A DNA stretch of 64,000 nucleotides. Origin: Sedimenticola sp. GTDB lineage: Bacteria; Pseudomonadota; Gammaproteobacteria; Chromatiales; Chromatiaceae. The DNA is taken from assembly GCA_026985055.1 (NCBI GenBank), contig JALSQZ010000008.1:21412-85411 (forward strand), written 5' to 3'. This document shows, in pieces, positions 47,159 to 57,003 of this stretch. A model generated the notes under the pieces. It ran no database searches, was not told the DNA's origin, and saw only the letters and a list, made by a program, of their open reading frames with translations. A program made the position numbers and the translations under genes. The number at the start of each line of letters is the position of its first letter. Positions within the stretch are counted from its first letter, which is position 1.

Positions 47159-48874
47159 CTAGTCCTTGGTAATTCGGTTGATTTCTTCCAGACTGGTAAT
47201 GCCGTTCTTCACCTTCAGCAGGCCAGCGGTCCGCAAATCATAATAATAGCCTTCTTTCAAGGCCTGTTCCTTGAGCTGCATAGCATTTCCTTCTTCGAGG
47301 ATGATTTGTGCGATTCCTTCGGAAACCGGAAGAATTTCAAATATTCCCACTCGGCCCTTGTAGCCGTTGTTGCATTTGTCGCAGCCGACGGCCTTGTAGA
47401 TGGTAAGCCCTTCGGCGATCTCTTCTTCGGTGAAGCCTTCTTCCAGCAGGGCGGTGCGCGGCAGATCCTCGATATCCTTGCAGTTCTCGCAGAGCCGCCT
47501 TCCCAGGCGCTGCGCCATGATCAGGTTGACCGAGGAAGCAATGTTATAGGGCGGTATGCCCATATTGGCCAGACGAGTCAGGGTTTGTGGTGCGTCGTTG
47601 GTGTGCAGAGTGGACAACACCATGTGGCCGGTCTGGGCTGCCTTTACCGCAATTTCGCCGGTTTCCAGATCCCTTATCTCGCCCACCATGATAATATCTG
47701 GATCCTGGCGCAGAAAGGCACGTAGTGCATCCGCGAAATGCAGTCCACTGGACGGGTTGATGTTGACCTGGTTGATGCCTTCTACCTGGATTTCCACCGG
47801 ATCTTCCGCTGTGGAAATGTTTACTTCAGGGCTATTCAGAATATTCAATGCCGTGTACAGGGAAACAGTTTTACCGCTACCGGTGGGGCCGGTAACCAGA
47901 ATCATGCCATACGGCTTTTTGATTGCCTGCATGAACAATTCCTTCTGGTCTTCTTCAAAACCCAAGGCATCTACTCCCAGGGTGGCGGCCGAGGCGTCGA
48001 GGATACGCAGAACGACTTTTTCTCCATAGACCGTAGGGCAGGTATTGACCCGGAAATCGATGGCGTGATGCTTGGAAACCTTGAGCTTGATGCGGCCGTC
48101 CTGGGGAACCCGGCGCTCCGCGATATTCAGCCGCGCCATGACTTTCAGACGGGAAGCAAGCCGCTGTGCGATATTGACTGGTGGACTGGCTTTTTCAAAC
48201 AGCAGTCCGTCCTGACGATAGCGTATACGATAACGTTTTTCATAGGGTTCAAAATGAATGTCTGACACGCCGCCATTGATTGCATCCAGCAGTATCTTGT
48301 TGACGAAGCGGACTACGGGGGCTTCATCGATTTCCGTCTGGGATTCTTCGTCGATTTCGCCATCGCCATCCAGGCCGAAATCGATGTTTTCAAGATTTTC
48401 CTCCAGCATGGCGCCCATGGCGGCGTCCTGGGTCTGGGAGGCTTGTTCCAGAGCGGCTTCGAGTTTTTCCTCTTCCACCAGGATAATCTCGATGGCCAGT
48501 CCGGTGCTGAACTGGATTTCCTTGATGGCTTCCTGGTTTGTCGGATCGGATGCCGCCAGAAACAGGCGGTTGCCGCGGCGCACCAGGGGCAGAACATGGT
48601 GTTTGGTAAAGAGGTCTGCCTCCACTTCTTGCAATGCAAGAATGTCCTTGTTGATCGCATCGAGGTCGAATAGTGGCAATCCAAATTCCTGGTGAGCCAA
48701 TACCGCAATCTGTCTTGACGGCACCAGTCCGTTGCGCACCACATAAGTGATGAGCGGAATGCCCTCCTCCTTTGCTTTCTTCTCGGCTTCCAGGGCTGCA
48801 TCCAGCTCCAGAAGGCCGGCATTCACCAGATAACGGGAAAATCCTTTCAGATTCTTGTTTGAGTCTTCATTCAT
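47159..48874 (-). CDS. pilB: Type IV-A pilus assembly ATPase PilB
   Basis: SDIHFEP, Walker A GPTGSGKT, TAEDPVE, LRQDPDIIMVGEIRD, His box GHMVLSTLHTN and CxxC Zn motifs. Confidence 0.97.
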   Translation of the reverse strand: MNEDSNKNLKGFSRYLVNAGLLELDAALEAEKKAKEEGIPLITYVVRNGLVPSRQIAVLAHQEFGLPLFDLDAINKDILALQEVEADLFTKHHVLPLVRRGNRLFLAASDPTNQEAIKEIQFSTGLAIEIILVEEEKLEAALEQASQTQDAAMGAMLEENLENIDFGLDGDGEIDEESQTEIDEAPVVRFVNKILLDAINGGVSDIHFEPYEKRYRIRYRQDGLLFEKASPPVNIAQRLASRLKVMARLNIAERRVPQDGRIKLKVSKHHAIDFRVNTCPTVYGEKVVLRILDASAATLGVDALGFEEDQKELFMQAIKKPYGMILVTGPTGSGKTVSLYTALNILNSPEVNISTAEDPVEIQVEGINQVNINPSSGLHFADALRAFLRQDPDIIMVGEIRDLETGEIAVKAAQTGHMVLSTLHTNDAPQTLTRLANMGIPPYNIASSVNLIMAQRLGRRLCENCKDIEDLPRTALLEEGFTEEEIAEGLTIYKAVGCDKCNNGYKGRVGIFEILPVSEGIAQIILEEGNAMQLKEQALKEGYYYDLRTAGLLKVKNGITSLEEINRITKD

Positions 48875-49124
48875 AACATTTCACTGTCGAACGGATCTAA
48901 AGCTTGGTGTACCATGCCCTTTGGCTACAGTAATTGCATTTTGTTCTGAAATCATGTGAATGTCCAATAGCTTATTGAATTTATTTGAGAGCTTGCTTCA
49001 GGCGATTGGAAGATGACGGAAACCCGCAGGGGTGCGAGGAGCCGATTGAGGCTTGTGAGATGCTTCTTCCAGGGGCGTGAGACAGAAGTTTTTTCGCCGG
49101 GCACAACAATAGAGGGAGTGTAAA

Positions 49125-50030
49125 TTGTCAGCAGAAAGCAACTTGTCCATCATCCTGCCCGCCTACAATGAAGCCGGCGTGGTGGGGACTGTCGTGCAGG
49201 GTTTGAGGGAGTCTTTTCCTCATGCCGAAATACTGGTTGTCGATGACCGTTCCCGGGATGAGACCGCGGAAGAAGCTAGTGCAGCTGGCGCTCGGGTGAT
49301 CTCGCACAAGTACAACATGGGCAATGGCGCTGCGATCAAGACCGGCGCCCTGCATGCCACTGGAGATGTGCTGGTATTCATGGATGCTGATGGCCAGCAT
49401 AGCGCGGAAAACGTGCGCGCCTTGTTGACAAAAATAGATGAAGGTTATGACATGGCCATTGGCGCGAGAGATTCTGACGGTCAGGCGAACCGGCGCCGCC
49501 ATTTTGGGAATGGTTTGTTAAATCGTCTGGCTTCTGTATTGACCGGACACAGAATTGATGATCTGACTTCCGGTTTCAGGGCCGCGCGGGCAAACACATT
49601 CCGCCAGTTCCTGTATCTGTTGCCAAATGGCTTTTCCTATCCAACGACATCCACCATGGCTTTTTTGCGCTCGGGGCATTCGGTGGCATTTGTGCCTATC
49701 AAAGTACATAAACGCAAAGGTGCTAGCAAGATAAGCCTTGCCAAGGATGGCGTACGTTTTTTGGTCATTGTCATGAAAATGACCACGCTATTTTCACCAA
49801 TGCGGGTATTTTTCCCATTAAGTATACTGTTCTTTGTGTTGGGAGCAGTTCGCTATGGTTATTTCTATTGGGAGACAGGAGGGTTTTCTGCTTTTGCTGG
49901 TGTCATGTTCATTACCGCAATACTAATCTTCTTGATTGGATTGATATCCGAACAGGTTACTGCGTTACATTATGGGATTTCTCGTGCAGAAACGGATTAT
50001 AAGAATTTGGATGATAATTCTTCCTCTTGA
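49125..50030 (+). CDS. GT2 glycosyltransferase, DPM1-like (polyprenyl-phosphate glycosyltransferase)
   Basis: IILPAYNE, VVDDRSRD, MDADGQH and DLTSGFRA motifs, plus two C-terminal TM helices. Confidence 0.85.
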   Translation: MSAESNLSIILPAYNEAGVVGTVVQGLRESFPHAEILVVDDRSRDETAEEASAAGARVISHKYNMGNGAAIKTGALHATGDVLVFMDADGQHSAENVRALLTKIDEGYDMAIGARDSDGQANRRRHFGNGLLNRLASVLTGHRIDDLTSGFRAARANTFRQFLYLLPNGFSYPTTSTMAFLRSGHSVAFVPIKVHKRKGASKISLAKDGVRFLVIVMKMTTLFSPMRVFFPLSILFFVLGAVRYGYFYWETGGFSAFAGVMFITAILIFLIGLISEQVTALHYGISRAETDYKNLDDNSSS

Positions 50031-50077
50031 TCATAGTTTATAGTTCAGTATTTTTTAAAGGGTTATTTAAGTGCTAG

Positions 50078-50283
50078 GGAACCTCTGATCAAGTTTGGAT
50101 CAAGCGGATGGTGATGCAATATGTTTCTATACAAGGCGAAAATTGAGTTTAATAGCGAAAGCTATTGCGAAGATTGGCAAATTTTCGATCCTGAACATGC
50201 TGCTGACCGGTATTCCTGCGGGTCGGGAAGTAGCCGCGTGTTTTGGGTGCAAGATGCGAGTTCATGATTTAGTCTGAGGTCTC
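50078..50283 (+). mobile_element. MITE-like repeat family B, copy 1 (206 bp)
   Basis: Imperfect TIRs GGAACCTCTGATCAAG / TTTAGTCTGAGGTCTC. Shares ATACAAGGC, GCTATTGCGAAG and GCAAGATGCGAG.TCATGATTTA with 62607-62889. Confidence 0.7.
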
Positions 50284-50324
50284 TTGGCTATACTGAAAAG
50301 TTTCCTCTATGAGGGAGGTGTTCA

Positions 50325-51050
50325 TTGTCGACAATTAAATTAGCACGCTTTCTTGACTTTCTTAAGGGGAGTCTTCTTCATCCGCAATGGTTGTCTGACC
50401 GATACCACTTGCTTTCCAGACGCAAGTTGCGTGCGATAAAGAAAGGTTTGGTTTTTGATGTTGGTAGTGGAAATAGTGATTTGCGTCAATTATTGGATCC
50501 TTCAATAAGCTTGGTTCGTATTGACTATCCTAGTACTAATGCGCTTTACAACAAAAAGCCAGATATATATGCGGACGCGAAATGCTTGCCTGTTTCTGAC
50601 CAATGTGCAGATGGTGTTCTTCTTCTGGAAGTTATTGAACATATATTTGACTATAAGGTGGTTTTTAGAGAATGTCACCGGATTCTATCGTCTGAAGGGA
50701 TTTTGTGTATTTCTGTTCCATTCATATATCCAATACATGATTCTCCTTATGACTTCCATAGATTTACTCGATATGGTCTGGAGAATGAGCTTCATATTGC
50801 TGGATTTGATGTTATGGAAGTTCTGCCGCATGGTAACTCTATTATTGTAGCAATGCAGATGTTTAATCTGTCTTTGTTGGAAATAGCTAAAAAATGTATT
50901 GAAAAAAATTTGTTTGTCGGTGTTTGTGTTTCATCTATGGTGTATATTGTTTGTGTGTTGAATAATGTTCTTTCTTTTCCTTTTTTGTCGTTAAAATTTA
51001 ATAATTCTGCTGTTTTTGGCTATTTCATTATTGCCACTCCTGCTGGCTAA
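50325..51050 (+). CDS. Class I SAM-dependent methyltransferase
   Basis: VFDVGSG motif I, ADAKCLPV, LEVIEHI and HDSPYDFHRFT motifs; TTG start after GGGAGG; very AT-rich. Confidence 0.85.
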   Translation: MSTIKLARFLDFLKGSLLHPQWLSDRYHLLSRRKLRAIKKGLVFDVGSGNSDLRQLLDPSISLVRIDYPSTNALYNKKPDIYADAKCLPVSDQCADGVLLLEVIEHIFDYKVVFRECHRILSSEGILCISVPFIYPIHDSPYDFHRFTRYGLENELHIAGFDVMEVLPHGNSIIVAMQMFNLSLLEIAKKCIEKNLFVGVCVSSMVYIVCVLNNVLSFPFLSLKFNNSAVFGYFIIATPAG

Positions 51051-51061
51051 GAGAATTTCTC

Positions 51062-52234
51062 ATGAATGTCCTTTTCGTCACGACTTCATATCCGATTAGA
51101 TGTGGGTCGTCCAGTGGAATATTTGTCAAACGATTGGTTTCCCGGCTGAGTCGATCCCATTCTGTCAAGGTGGTAGTGCCCGCGGATGCATCTTCAGAAC
51201 CTATATGTGTTAGCCAGGAGGGGCTGCAGATTCTGGATTTTCGCTATGCCCCCCGAAGATGGCAGGTGTTGGCTCATTCGCCTGGAGGTATTCCGGTGGC
51301 ACTGAGGAATCGGCCATGGATGTATTTAATGATACCTTTTCTTCTTGGAGGCATGTTCTTGCATTGCTTGTGGTATGGCAGAAACAGCACAGTCATTCAT
51401 GCAAACTGGGCAATAACCGGCTTGATTGCTGGATTGGCGGGCAGGTTGGTGGGTGTACCGGTCGTCGTGACTTTGCGTGGAGAAGATGTAGGTAGAAGTT
51501 CCAGGAAAGCTGTGAATCGATGGATTCTAAAAAAGGGTATTGCCTTATGCAACCAGGTGGTTGGTGTCAGCGAAGCCATTGTGGCAGATATAAAACAGCA
51601 ATTTCCTCAATATAGTGATAAATGCAGGTTGATTGAAAACGGAGTAGGCGATGGCTTTCTTTCCATTCGGCGTTCTGTCTGCCCGAAACCTCAGCTGCGA
51701 CTGTTGAGCGTTGGAAGCCTGATCCCGCGAAAGGGAATGAATACAATTATCGACGCGGTGGCAGGCATGACTGAAATCAGTCTTACGGTCATTGGTGATG
51801 GCCAGGAACGAAAGAATCTTGTTCGCCTGATAGAAAAATACGATTTGTCACATAGAGTAAGACTCGTCGGCTGGGTTTCACCGGATGAGATGCCAGAATT
51901 TTTTGCTGAACATGATGTTCTGGTTTTGGCAAGTTATAGTGAAGGACGGCCCAATGTGGTGCTTGAAGCGATGGCGGCGGCCATGCCGGTGGTGGCAAGT
52001 GCCATAAATGGAGTTGATGAGCTGGTGCAGCCAGAGGTGACGGGGATGTTGTTTCCCCCAGGTGATAGTGATGCTCTAGCAAGCTGTATAGAACGATTGT
52101 TGCAAAATGATCGTCTGATGCGGGATATGGGCAACAACGGGCGCAAGTATATTGTTGATCAAGAACTGAGTTGGGAGAAGACAGCAGAAAAATACAGTCG
52201 TGTCTATGGACAGATCGTAACAGGAGTCTGCTGA
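51062..52234 (+). CDS. GT4 family glycosyltransferase
   Basis: IHANW, VVTLRGED, VGSLIPRKG and EGRPNVVLEAMA (EX7E) motifs. Confidence 0.9.
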   Translation: MNVLFVTTSYPIRCGSSSGIFVKRLVSRLSRSHSVKVVVPADASSEPICVSQEGLQILDFRYAPRRWQVLAHSPGGIPVALRNRPWMYLMIPFLLGGMFLHCLWYGRNSTVIHANWAITGLIAGLAGRLVGVPVVVTLRGEDVGRSSRKAVNRWILKKGIALCNQVVGVSEAIVADIKQQFPQYSDKCRLIENGVGDGFLSIRRSVCPKPQLRLLSVGSLIPRKGMNTIIDAVAGMTEISLTVIGDGQERKNLVRLIEKYDLSHRVRLVGWVSPDEMPEFFAEHDVLVLASYSEGRPNVVLEAMAAAMPVVASAINGVDELVQPEVTGMLFPPGDSDALASCIERLLQNDRLMRDMGNNGRKYIVDQELSWEKTAEKYSRVYGQIVTGVC

Positions 52235-54090
52235 TGTGTGGATTTCTCGGGCATGTGGTCGATTCGCCCATGAAAGCAGATCCGATTGCGGTGAGAAAAG
52301 GTGCCGAGGCATTGGCTCATCGTGGGCCGGACGGCAACGGGCAGGTAGATGTTGAACAATGCAGTCTGGCCCATCGCCGGCTGAGTGTCATTGATATTCA
52401 AGGCAGTTCCCAGCCTTGGCAATCAGCATGTGGCCGTTTTCTTATGGTTTTCAACGGAGAAATTTACAACTATGTTGAGCTGAAAAACGAACTGCAGGCA
52501 AAAGGCGTTCGTTTCCGCAGTGATGGTGATACAGAGGTTCTTATGAATCTTTTCATCGAACAGGGCATAGACTGCCTGAGTAGGCTCAATGGAATGTTTG
52601 CCTTTGCTGTTTGGGACAAGCGGGATAGGCGATTGTATCTGGCTCGAGACAGAATGGGTGAGAAGCCGTTGTACTATTCCGCTGCCTGTGGACAACTTGC
52701 ATTTGCTTCGGAACTGGCTGGTCTTGAATATTTCAAATTCATCGACAGATGTATGGATGCATTTGCCATTGGAGATTTCTTCGCTCATCAGTTCATTGGT
52801 GGAGAACGCACTATCTATTCCGGTGTTCGCAAACTGATGCCTGCACACTATCTGGTATGGCAAAAAGGACAGACTGAAGTTCGCCGGTACTGGAGTATCC
52901 CCTGTCCGAATAATACATCCTGTACGGAGGAAGAGCTTTGTGAAGAGTTGGCCGCTCTCATCGAAAGCTCGGTGCGGCTTCGTTTGCGAAGTGACGTGCC
53001 GTTGGGAACCTTCCTTAGTGGCGGACTCGACTCTTCCCTGATTGCCCATGTCATGCGCCAGCAAGGCGGACTGGTGGAGGCATTTACTATCGGTTTTATT
53101 GACAAGAGTTATGATGAAAGTGACATGGCCGAAGCGGTTGCCAATGAATTGGAGATTGTACATCATCTGCAAAAAGAGGAATTGGATGATGTTGGCGAAA
53201 TAAATTCCATTATTGACAGTTTTGGGGAGCCTTATGCAGATCCTTCGGCGGTGCCAACATCAATGCTATGCCGTTTTGCCCACAAGAGAGTTACTGTAGC
53301 CTTGTCAGGTGATGGTGTCGATGAGTTGTTTGGCGGATACAGGCGTTATTACGCCCGTGCCTTGCTGGAACGATTGCCTGGGTCCATGAGTTTATACAGC
53401 AACAAGATCATGAATCGACTAGTTCAAAAAATTCCCGAATCCTCAGTTTATTATGGTAATAGCTTGAGAAAGAAACTACGACTCATTCATGGCTTATTGA
53501 CGCGCATTGTCCAGTCACCTAGGGATCCACTGGCTCAGACATTCACACTAGAAGAAAGAACGCGTCTCCTGAAAGAAGAAAGAGTACGGCATCCTATGGA
53601 TCTCCTGGGCGAGCTGGATATTCCGCCTTTGGATCCTGTAAGCACCATGTTGATTGCTGATCAGTTGATATACCTGCCGGAGGACATTTTGACCAAAGTA
53701 GATCGCATGAGTATGAGGCACGGGCTGGAAGTAAGGAGTCCATTTCTCGATCATCGGTTGGTGGAGTTTGCCGCGCGACTGCCTTTGCGTTTCAAGATGC
53801 GAAAAGGGATTCAGAAATACCTGATAAAAAGTTGCTATGCAGGACAATTGCCAGAAGCTGTCTTGAAGCGTGCCAAGCATGGTTTCGCCGTACCGCTTGG
53901 AAGATGGTTTCGTGAAGGCTTGCGGAAACCTTTTGAACAACTGGTTCTGGATGGAGGATACGATGTGTTGAACCGAGGTGAAACAGAAAGTCTCTGGAGG
54001 GATCATCAACAAGGCAGGGTGGATAATGGCTTCAAACTGTGGAGCATCTATGTTTTCTGTCGTTGGTATTACAGGCATGTGGGACAATGA
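52234..54090 (+). CDS. asnB: Asparagine synthase-like glutamine amidotransferase (AsnB family)
   Basis: N-terminal MCG (Ntn Cys), HRGPD, FNGEIYNY, LSGGLDSS (PP-loop), LSGDGVDELFGGY and KVDRMSM motifs. Probably glycan-amidating given its context. Confidence 0.88.
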   Translation: MCGFLGHVVDSPMKADPIAVRKGAEALAHRGPDGNGQVDVEQCSLAHRRLSVIDIQGSSQPWQSACGRFLMVFNGEIYNYVELKNELQAKGVRFRSDGDTEVLMNLFIEQGIDCLSRLNGMFAFAVWDKRDRRLYLARDRMGEKPLYYSAACGQLAFASELAGLEYFKFIDRCMDAFAIGDFFAHQFIGGERTIYSGVRKLMPAHYLVWQKGQTEVRRYWSIPCPNNTSCTEEELCEELAALIESSVRLRLRSDVPLGTFLSGGLDSSLIAHVMRQQGGLVEAFTIGFIDKSYDESDMAEAVANELEIVHHLQKEELDDVGEINSIIDSFGEPYADPSAVPTSMLCRFAHKRVTVALSGDGVDELFGGYRRYYARALLERLPGSMSLYSNKIMNRLVQKIPESSVYYGNSLRKKLRLIHGLLTRIVQSPRDPLAQTFTLEERTRLLKEERVRHPMDLLGELDIPPLDPVSTMLIADQLIYLPEDILTKVDRMSMRHGLEVRSPFLDHRLVEFAARLPLRFKMRKGIQKYLIKSCYAGQLPEAVLKRAKHGFAVPLGRWFREGLRKPFEQLVLDGGYDVLNRGETESLWRDHQQGRVDNGFKLWSIYVFCRWYYRHVGQ

Positions 54091-54842
54091 AAGAAAGGGA
54101 TTACCAGCATGATCTGTCCTTGCATTCTCCTATTTTGCTGGATTTGGAATACAAAAGTCCCAAAGTAAGGAAGATGTTGTCCATTTTGCAGGATGCTGAC
54201 GCCATAGGCGGCGCGGACAGGAAAATGTTGGCTGTGGACATTGGTTGTTCTGGTGGATTCTTTACTAATGGAATCGCACCATTTTTCCAAAATGTACTGG
54301 GAATGGATATTGATTTCAACGCACTGCTTGTGGCCCACCAACAGCGAGAGTACGAAAACCTGCATTATATTGGAGGCGATTCCATGAGCCTCCCTTTGCC
54401 TGACAATTCCGTGGATCTTGTTATCTGTAACCATGTATATGAGCATGTACCTGATCCTGAAAGGCTCTTCAGTGAGATTCACAGAATACTAAAGTCGGAT
54501 GGTATCTGTTATCTCGGTGCGGCTTCCCGTTGGATTCCCATGGAGCCGCATTATCATTTACTATTTCTTTCCTGGTTGCCAAAGTATCTGGCTCATCGCT
54601 ATATGAGATTTTTTGGAAAAGGAAATTATTACTACGAAAACCTGAAAAGTTATGGCGGCATAAAACGGCTCATCCGAAATTTCCGTATAACTGACTATAC
54701 TTTGAAAATTATCAAGAATCCGGAACAGTTCCATGCAACGGACATGATTCCAAAAAATGGACTGGTGTCCCGGTTACCGCTTTGGGTTTGGAAACTATCC
54801 TATAGAGTTCTGCCAACATACATATTGATCTTGAGGAAATGA
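54087..54842 (+). CDS. Class I SAM-dependent methyltransferase
   Basis: VDIGCSGG motif I, GDSMSLPL.DNSVD and NHVYEHV motifs. Confidence 0.85.
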   Translation: MKERDYQHDLSLHSPILLDLEYKSPKVRKMLSILQDADAIGGADRKMLAVDIGCSGGFFTNGIAPFFQNVLGMDIDFNALLVAHQQREYENLHYIGGDSMSLPLPDNSVDLVICNHVYEHVPDPERLFSEIHRILKSDGICYLGAASRWIPMEPHYHLLFLSWLPKYLAHRYMRFFGKGNYYYENLKSYGGIKRLIRNFRITDYTLKIIKNPEQFHATDMIPKNGLVSRLPLWVWKLSYRVLPTYILILRK

Positions 54843-54845
54843 GCT

Positions 54846-55985
54846 GTGAGTAATGGACTCAGAAAACAGTGGTTCAGGGGAATCAATTGGCTATCACGCA
54901 CGTTTTTTGCCAGTCGGCTCAGTTTTTCACACATCCAGGCTTTCCTGTTTTACAATTCACCGCGAAAATTCTGGAATTTCCTCAAAGTGCACTGGGTCAT
55001 GAAAAGTGGAAAGGAGGTCATCGACTGTTATCCCTATCTTTTTGTCATGGAAGTGACCAACGTATGCAACCTCAAATGCCCTTTCTGCCTGACTGGAAAA
55101 GGCATTTCTGGTGGTCGCGATGTCCGGCACATGAAATATGAGGAAGCAAAAAGAATGTTGGATGCCGTGGGTGATTATCTGTATTTCCTGCAGGTATATA
55201 CTTGGGGTGAGCCTTTACTGAACAAGGATGTCATTAAAATAATTGAATATGCAAAAAAGAAAAATATCTATGTAATGTTGTCCACCAATGCAACAGCCAT
55301 GACTACGGCCTATAACAAGCGCCTATTAGAATCCGGGATTGATTACCTTATGGTGGCTATCGATGGCGGAAGTAAGCAAACTTATGAAGCATATCGCCGG
55401 GGTGGCGACTATGACAAGGTCATAGCCAACGTACAGGACCTTCTTCGGCAAAAGGAAAATAGCCGAACCGCAAAACCATTTGTCGAATGGCAGTTTATTG
55501 TTTTTCGTCACAACGAACATGAAGTTGATGCCACCGAAAAAATGGCTTACGAAATGGGTATCAATAAATTTACACCTTTGCCGGCGTATGTTGAAAATGA
55601 AGAATGGGCTGCCACGGATTCCCGTTATCGAACAGATCTGGGTAATCCGGAACGCTTATATAATTGTGATCGTCCATGGTCTCATCTAAATGTGCGTGCG
55701 GATGGTGGCGTGGCGTCTTGTTGTTATACATTTTTCAAGAAGGATGATTTTGCCCATATCGATGACGGAGAATTCATGAGTGTATGGAATAACGACAAGT
55801 TTCGTACAGCTAGACGAATTATCACTCAACGGAGAAAGGGACTACTCTTGGAAGAAGGCGATATTGCCTGTTATGACTGTATGCGAACCGGAATCCGTCC
55901 ATCCTTTATTGAGATTGAGAATGATGAAGAAGCAGTTTCATCCGAAGTTCAATTTGAAAGCAAGATTATTGGGCATCTCGAATAA
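54846..55985 (+). CDS. Radical SAM protein with C-terminal SPASM/twitch domain
   Basis: CNLKCPFC (CX3CX2C), WGEPLL and STNA motifs; C-terminal CDRPW...ASCC...CYDC. GTG start. Confidence 0.88.
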   Translation: MSNGLRKQWFRGINWLSRTFFASRLSFSHIQAFLFYNSPRKFWNFLKVHWVMKSGKEVIDCYPYLFVMEVTNVCNLKCPFCLTGKGISGGRDVRHMKYEEAKRMLDAVGDYLYFLQVYTWGEPLLNKDVIKIIEYAKKKNIYVMLSTNATAMTTAYNKRLLESGIDYLMVAIDGGSKQTYEAYRRGGDYDKVIANVQDLLRQKENSRTAKPFVEWQFIVFRHNEHEVDATEKMAYEMGINKFTPLPAYVENEEWAATDSRYRTDLGNPERLYNCDRPWSHLNVRADGGVASCCYTFFKKDDFAHIDDGEFMSVWNNDKFRTARRIITQRRKGLLLEEGDIACYDCMRTGIRPSFIEIENDEEAVSSEVQFESKIIGHLE

Positions 55986-56090
55986 TCGAAATGCCTGAGT
56001 GGGACAGGGATGTCCCACCATTTTCGATCATCACAAGTGATTGAAAATGTGAGCAAAGAGGAAATCGCATTTTCTTTTTTCGAGGTTCTC
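55971..56090 (+). mobile_element. MITE-like repeat family A, copy 3 (120 bp, internally deleted)
   Basis: Homologous to 6915-7065 but lacks the last hairpin; ends GGGCATCTCG / CGAGGTTCTC; perfect TATT/TATT flanks. Confidence 0.78.
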
Positions 56091-56093
56091 TAT

Positions 56094-57002
56094 TCAGGGT
56101 TGAACAGAACCGGTATTCCTTTTTTTTACATGGAAGAGGATTTCTATCAGGAATAGAGACAGGCCCTCTCCTGCCATGATCCATATCCTGGATCCTATGG
56201 CTATGAGAAGAGCGTCCGGTGCTGGGATCACAGGCGTGAGTAGAAGATAAAGAACAGATTCCCGAACACCGATGCCACCCGGCACGAAAACCATTACGAA
56301 ACCGGAAAAAAAACTCAAGCCTATGCTGGAAGCAACCGGAAGCCACTGAGTTTCTGTAAGCGGGTGCAGCATATTTACGAAGACGACAAATGCGACGCCG
56401 AACAGGCACCAAAATATCAAATAATAAAGATACAGCCCGGCCATCTGGCGAAATGATGGAAGATTTATACGGGAAAAACTTTTTCCCAGCTTGCCGGGCA
56501 ATTTTTGCAATAGCTGAAGGCTGGCAGGGTGAAACACGATCATTGTGGCAACGACGAGCAGTAGTGGCTGCCACCATCCGAGCGAATAGCCGTTTGCGAT
56601 TATCAAGGCTGGGAGGCCAGCGACAAACGAGCTGGCGGCAAGTAACAGGGTTTCAAGAAAGAGCGCCACACTGATGCTGGGCAGGTCTACTCCCTGTTTG
56701 CTGGTCATTTCGGCACGGGATACGTAGGACCAGATGCCACCCGGAATATAACGTGCTATGGAAGACAGCAGCCAAATACGAATGGACTCGAGATGAGGAG
56801 GTGAGTGCGCAAGGCTGGATAGGATGATTAACCAACCGAAGGCATCCAGTACAAACAGTAACACCAGCATTGTCAGTGACAGCAGCAATGCACCTCCTTG
56901 CAGGTGGTAGTCAGTGTCCCGGAGCTGAGGCCACAGGTCGACCACAATACCAGTCATGAACCCAAGAGATAACAGAACAACCAGATAGCGTGCGAAACGC
57001 AC
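56094..57002 (-). CDS. Lysylphosphatidylglycerol-synthase-TM / UPF0104 flippase-like membrane protein
   Basis: RYIPGGIWSYVSR and PGGIGVRE motifs; about 8 TM helices. Confidence 0.78.
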   Translation of the reverse strand: MRFARYLVVLLSLGFMTGIVVDLWPQLRDTDYHLQGGALLLSLTMLVLLFVLDAFGWLIILSSLAHSPPHLESIRIWLLSSIARYIPGGIWSYVSRAEMTSKQGVDLPSISVALFLETLLLAASSFVAGLPALIIANGYSLGWWQPLLLVVATMIVFHPASLQLLQKLPGKLGKSFSRINLPSFRQMAGLYLYYLIFWCLFGVAFVVFVNMLHPLTETQWLPVASSIGLSFFSGFVMVFVPGGIGVRESVLYLLLTPVIPAPDALLIAIGSRIWIMAGEGLSLFLIEILFHVKKRNTGSVQP

Positions 57003-57003
57003 C

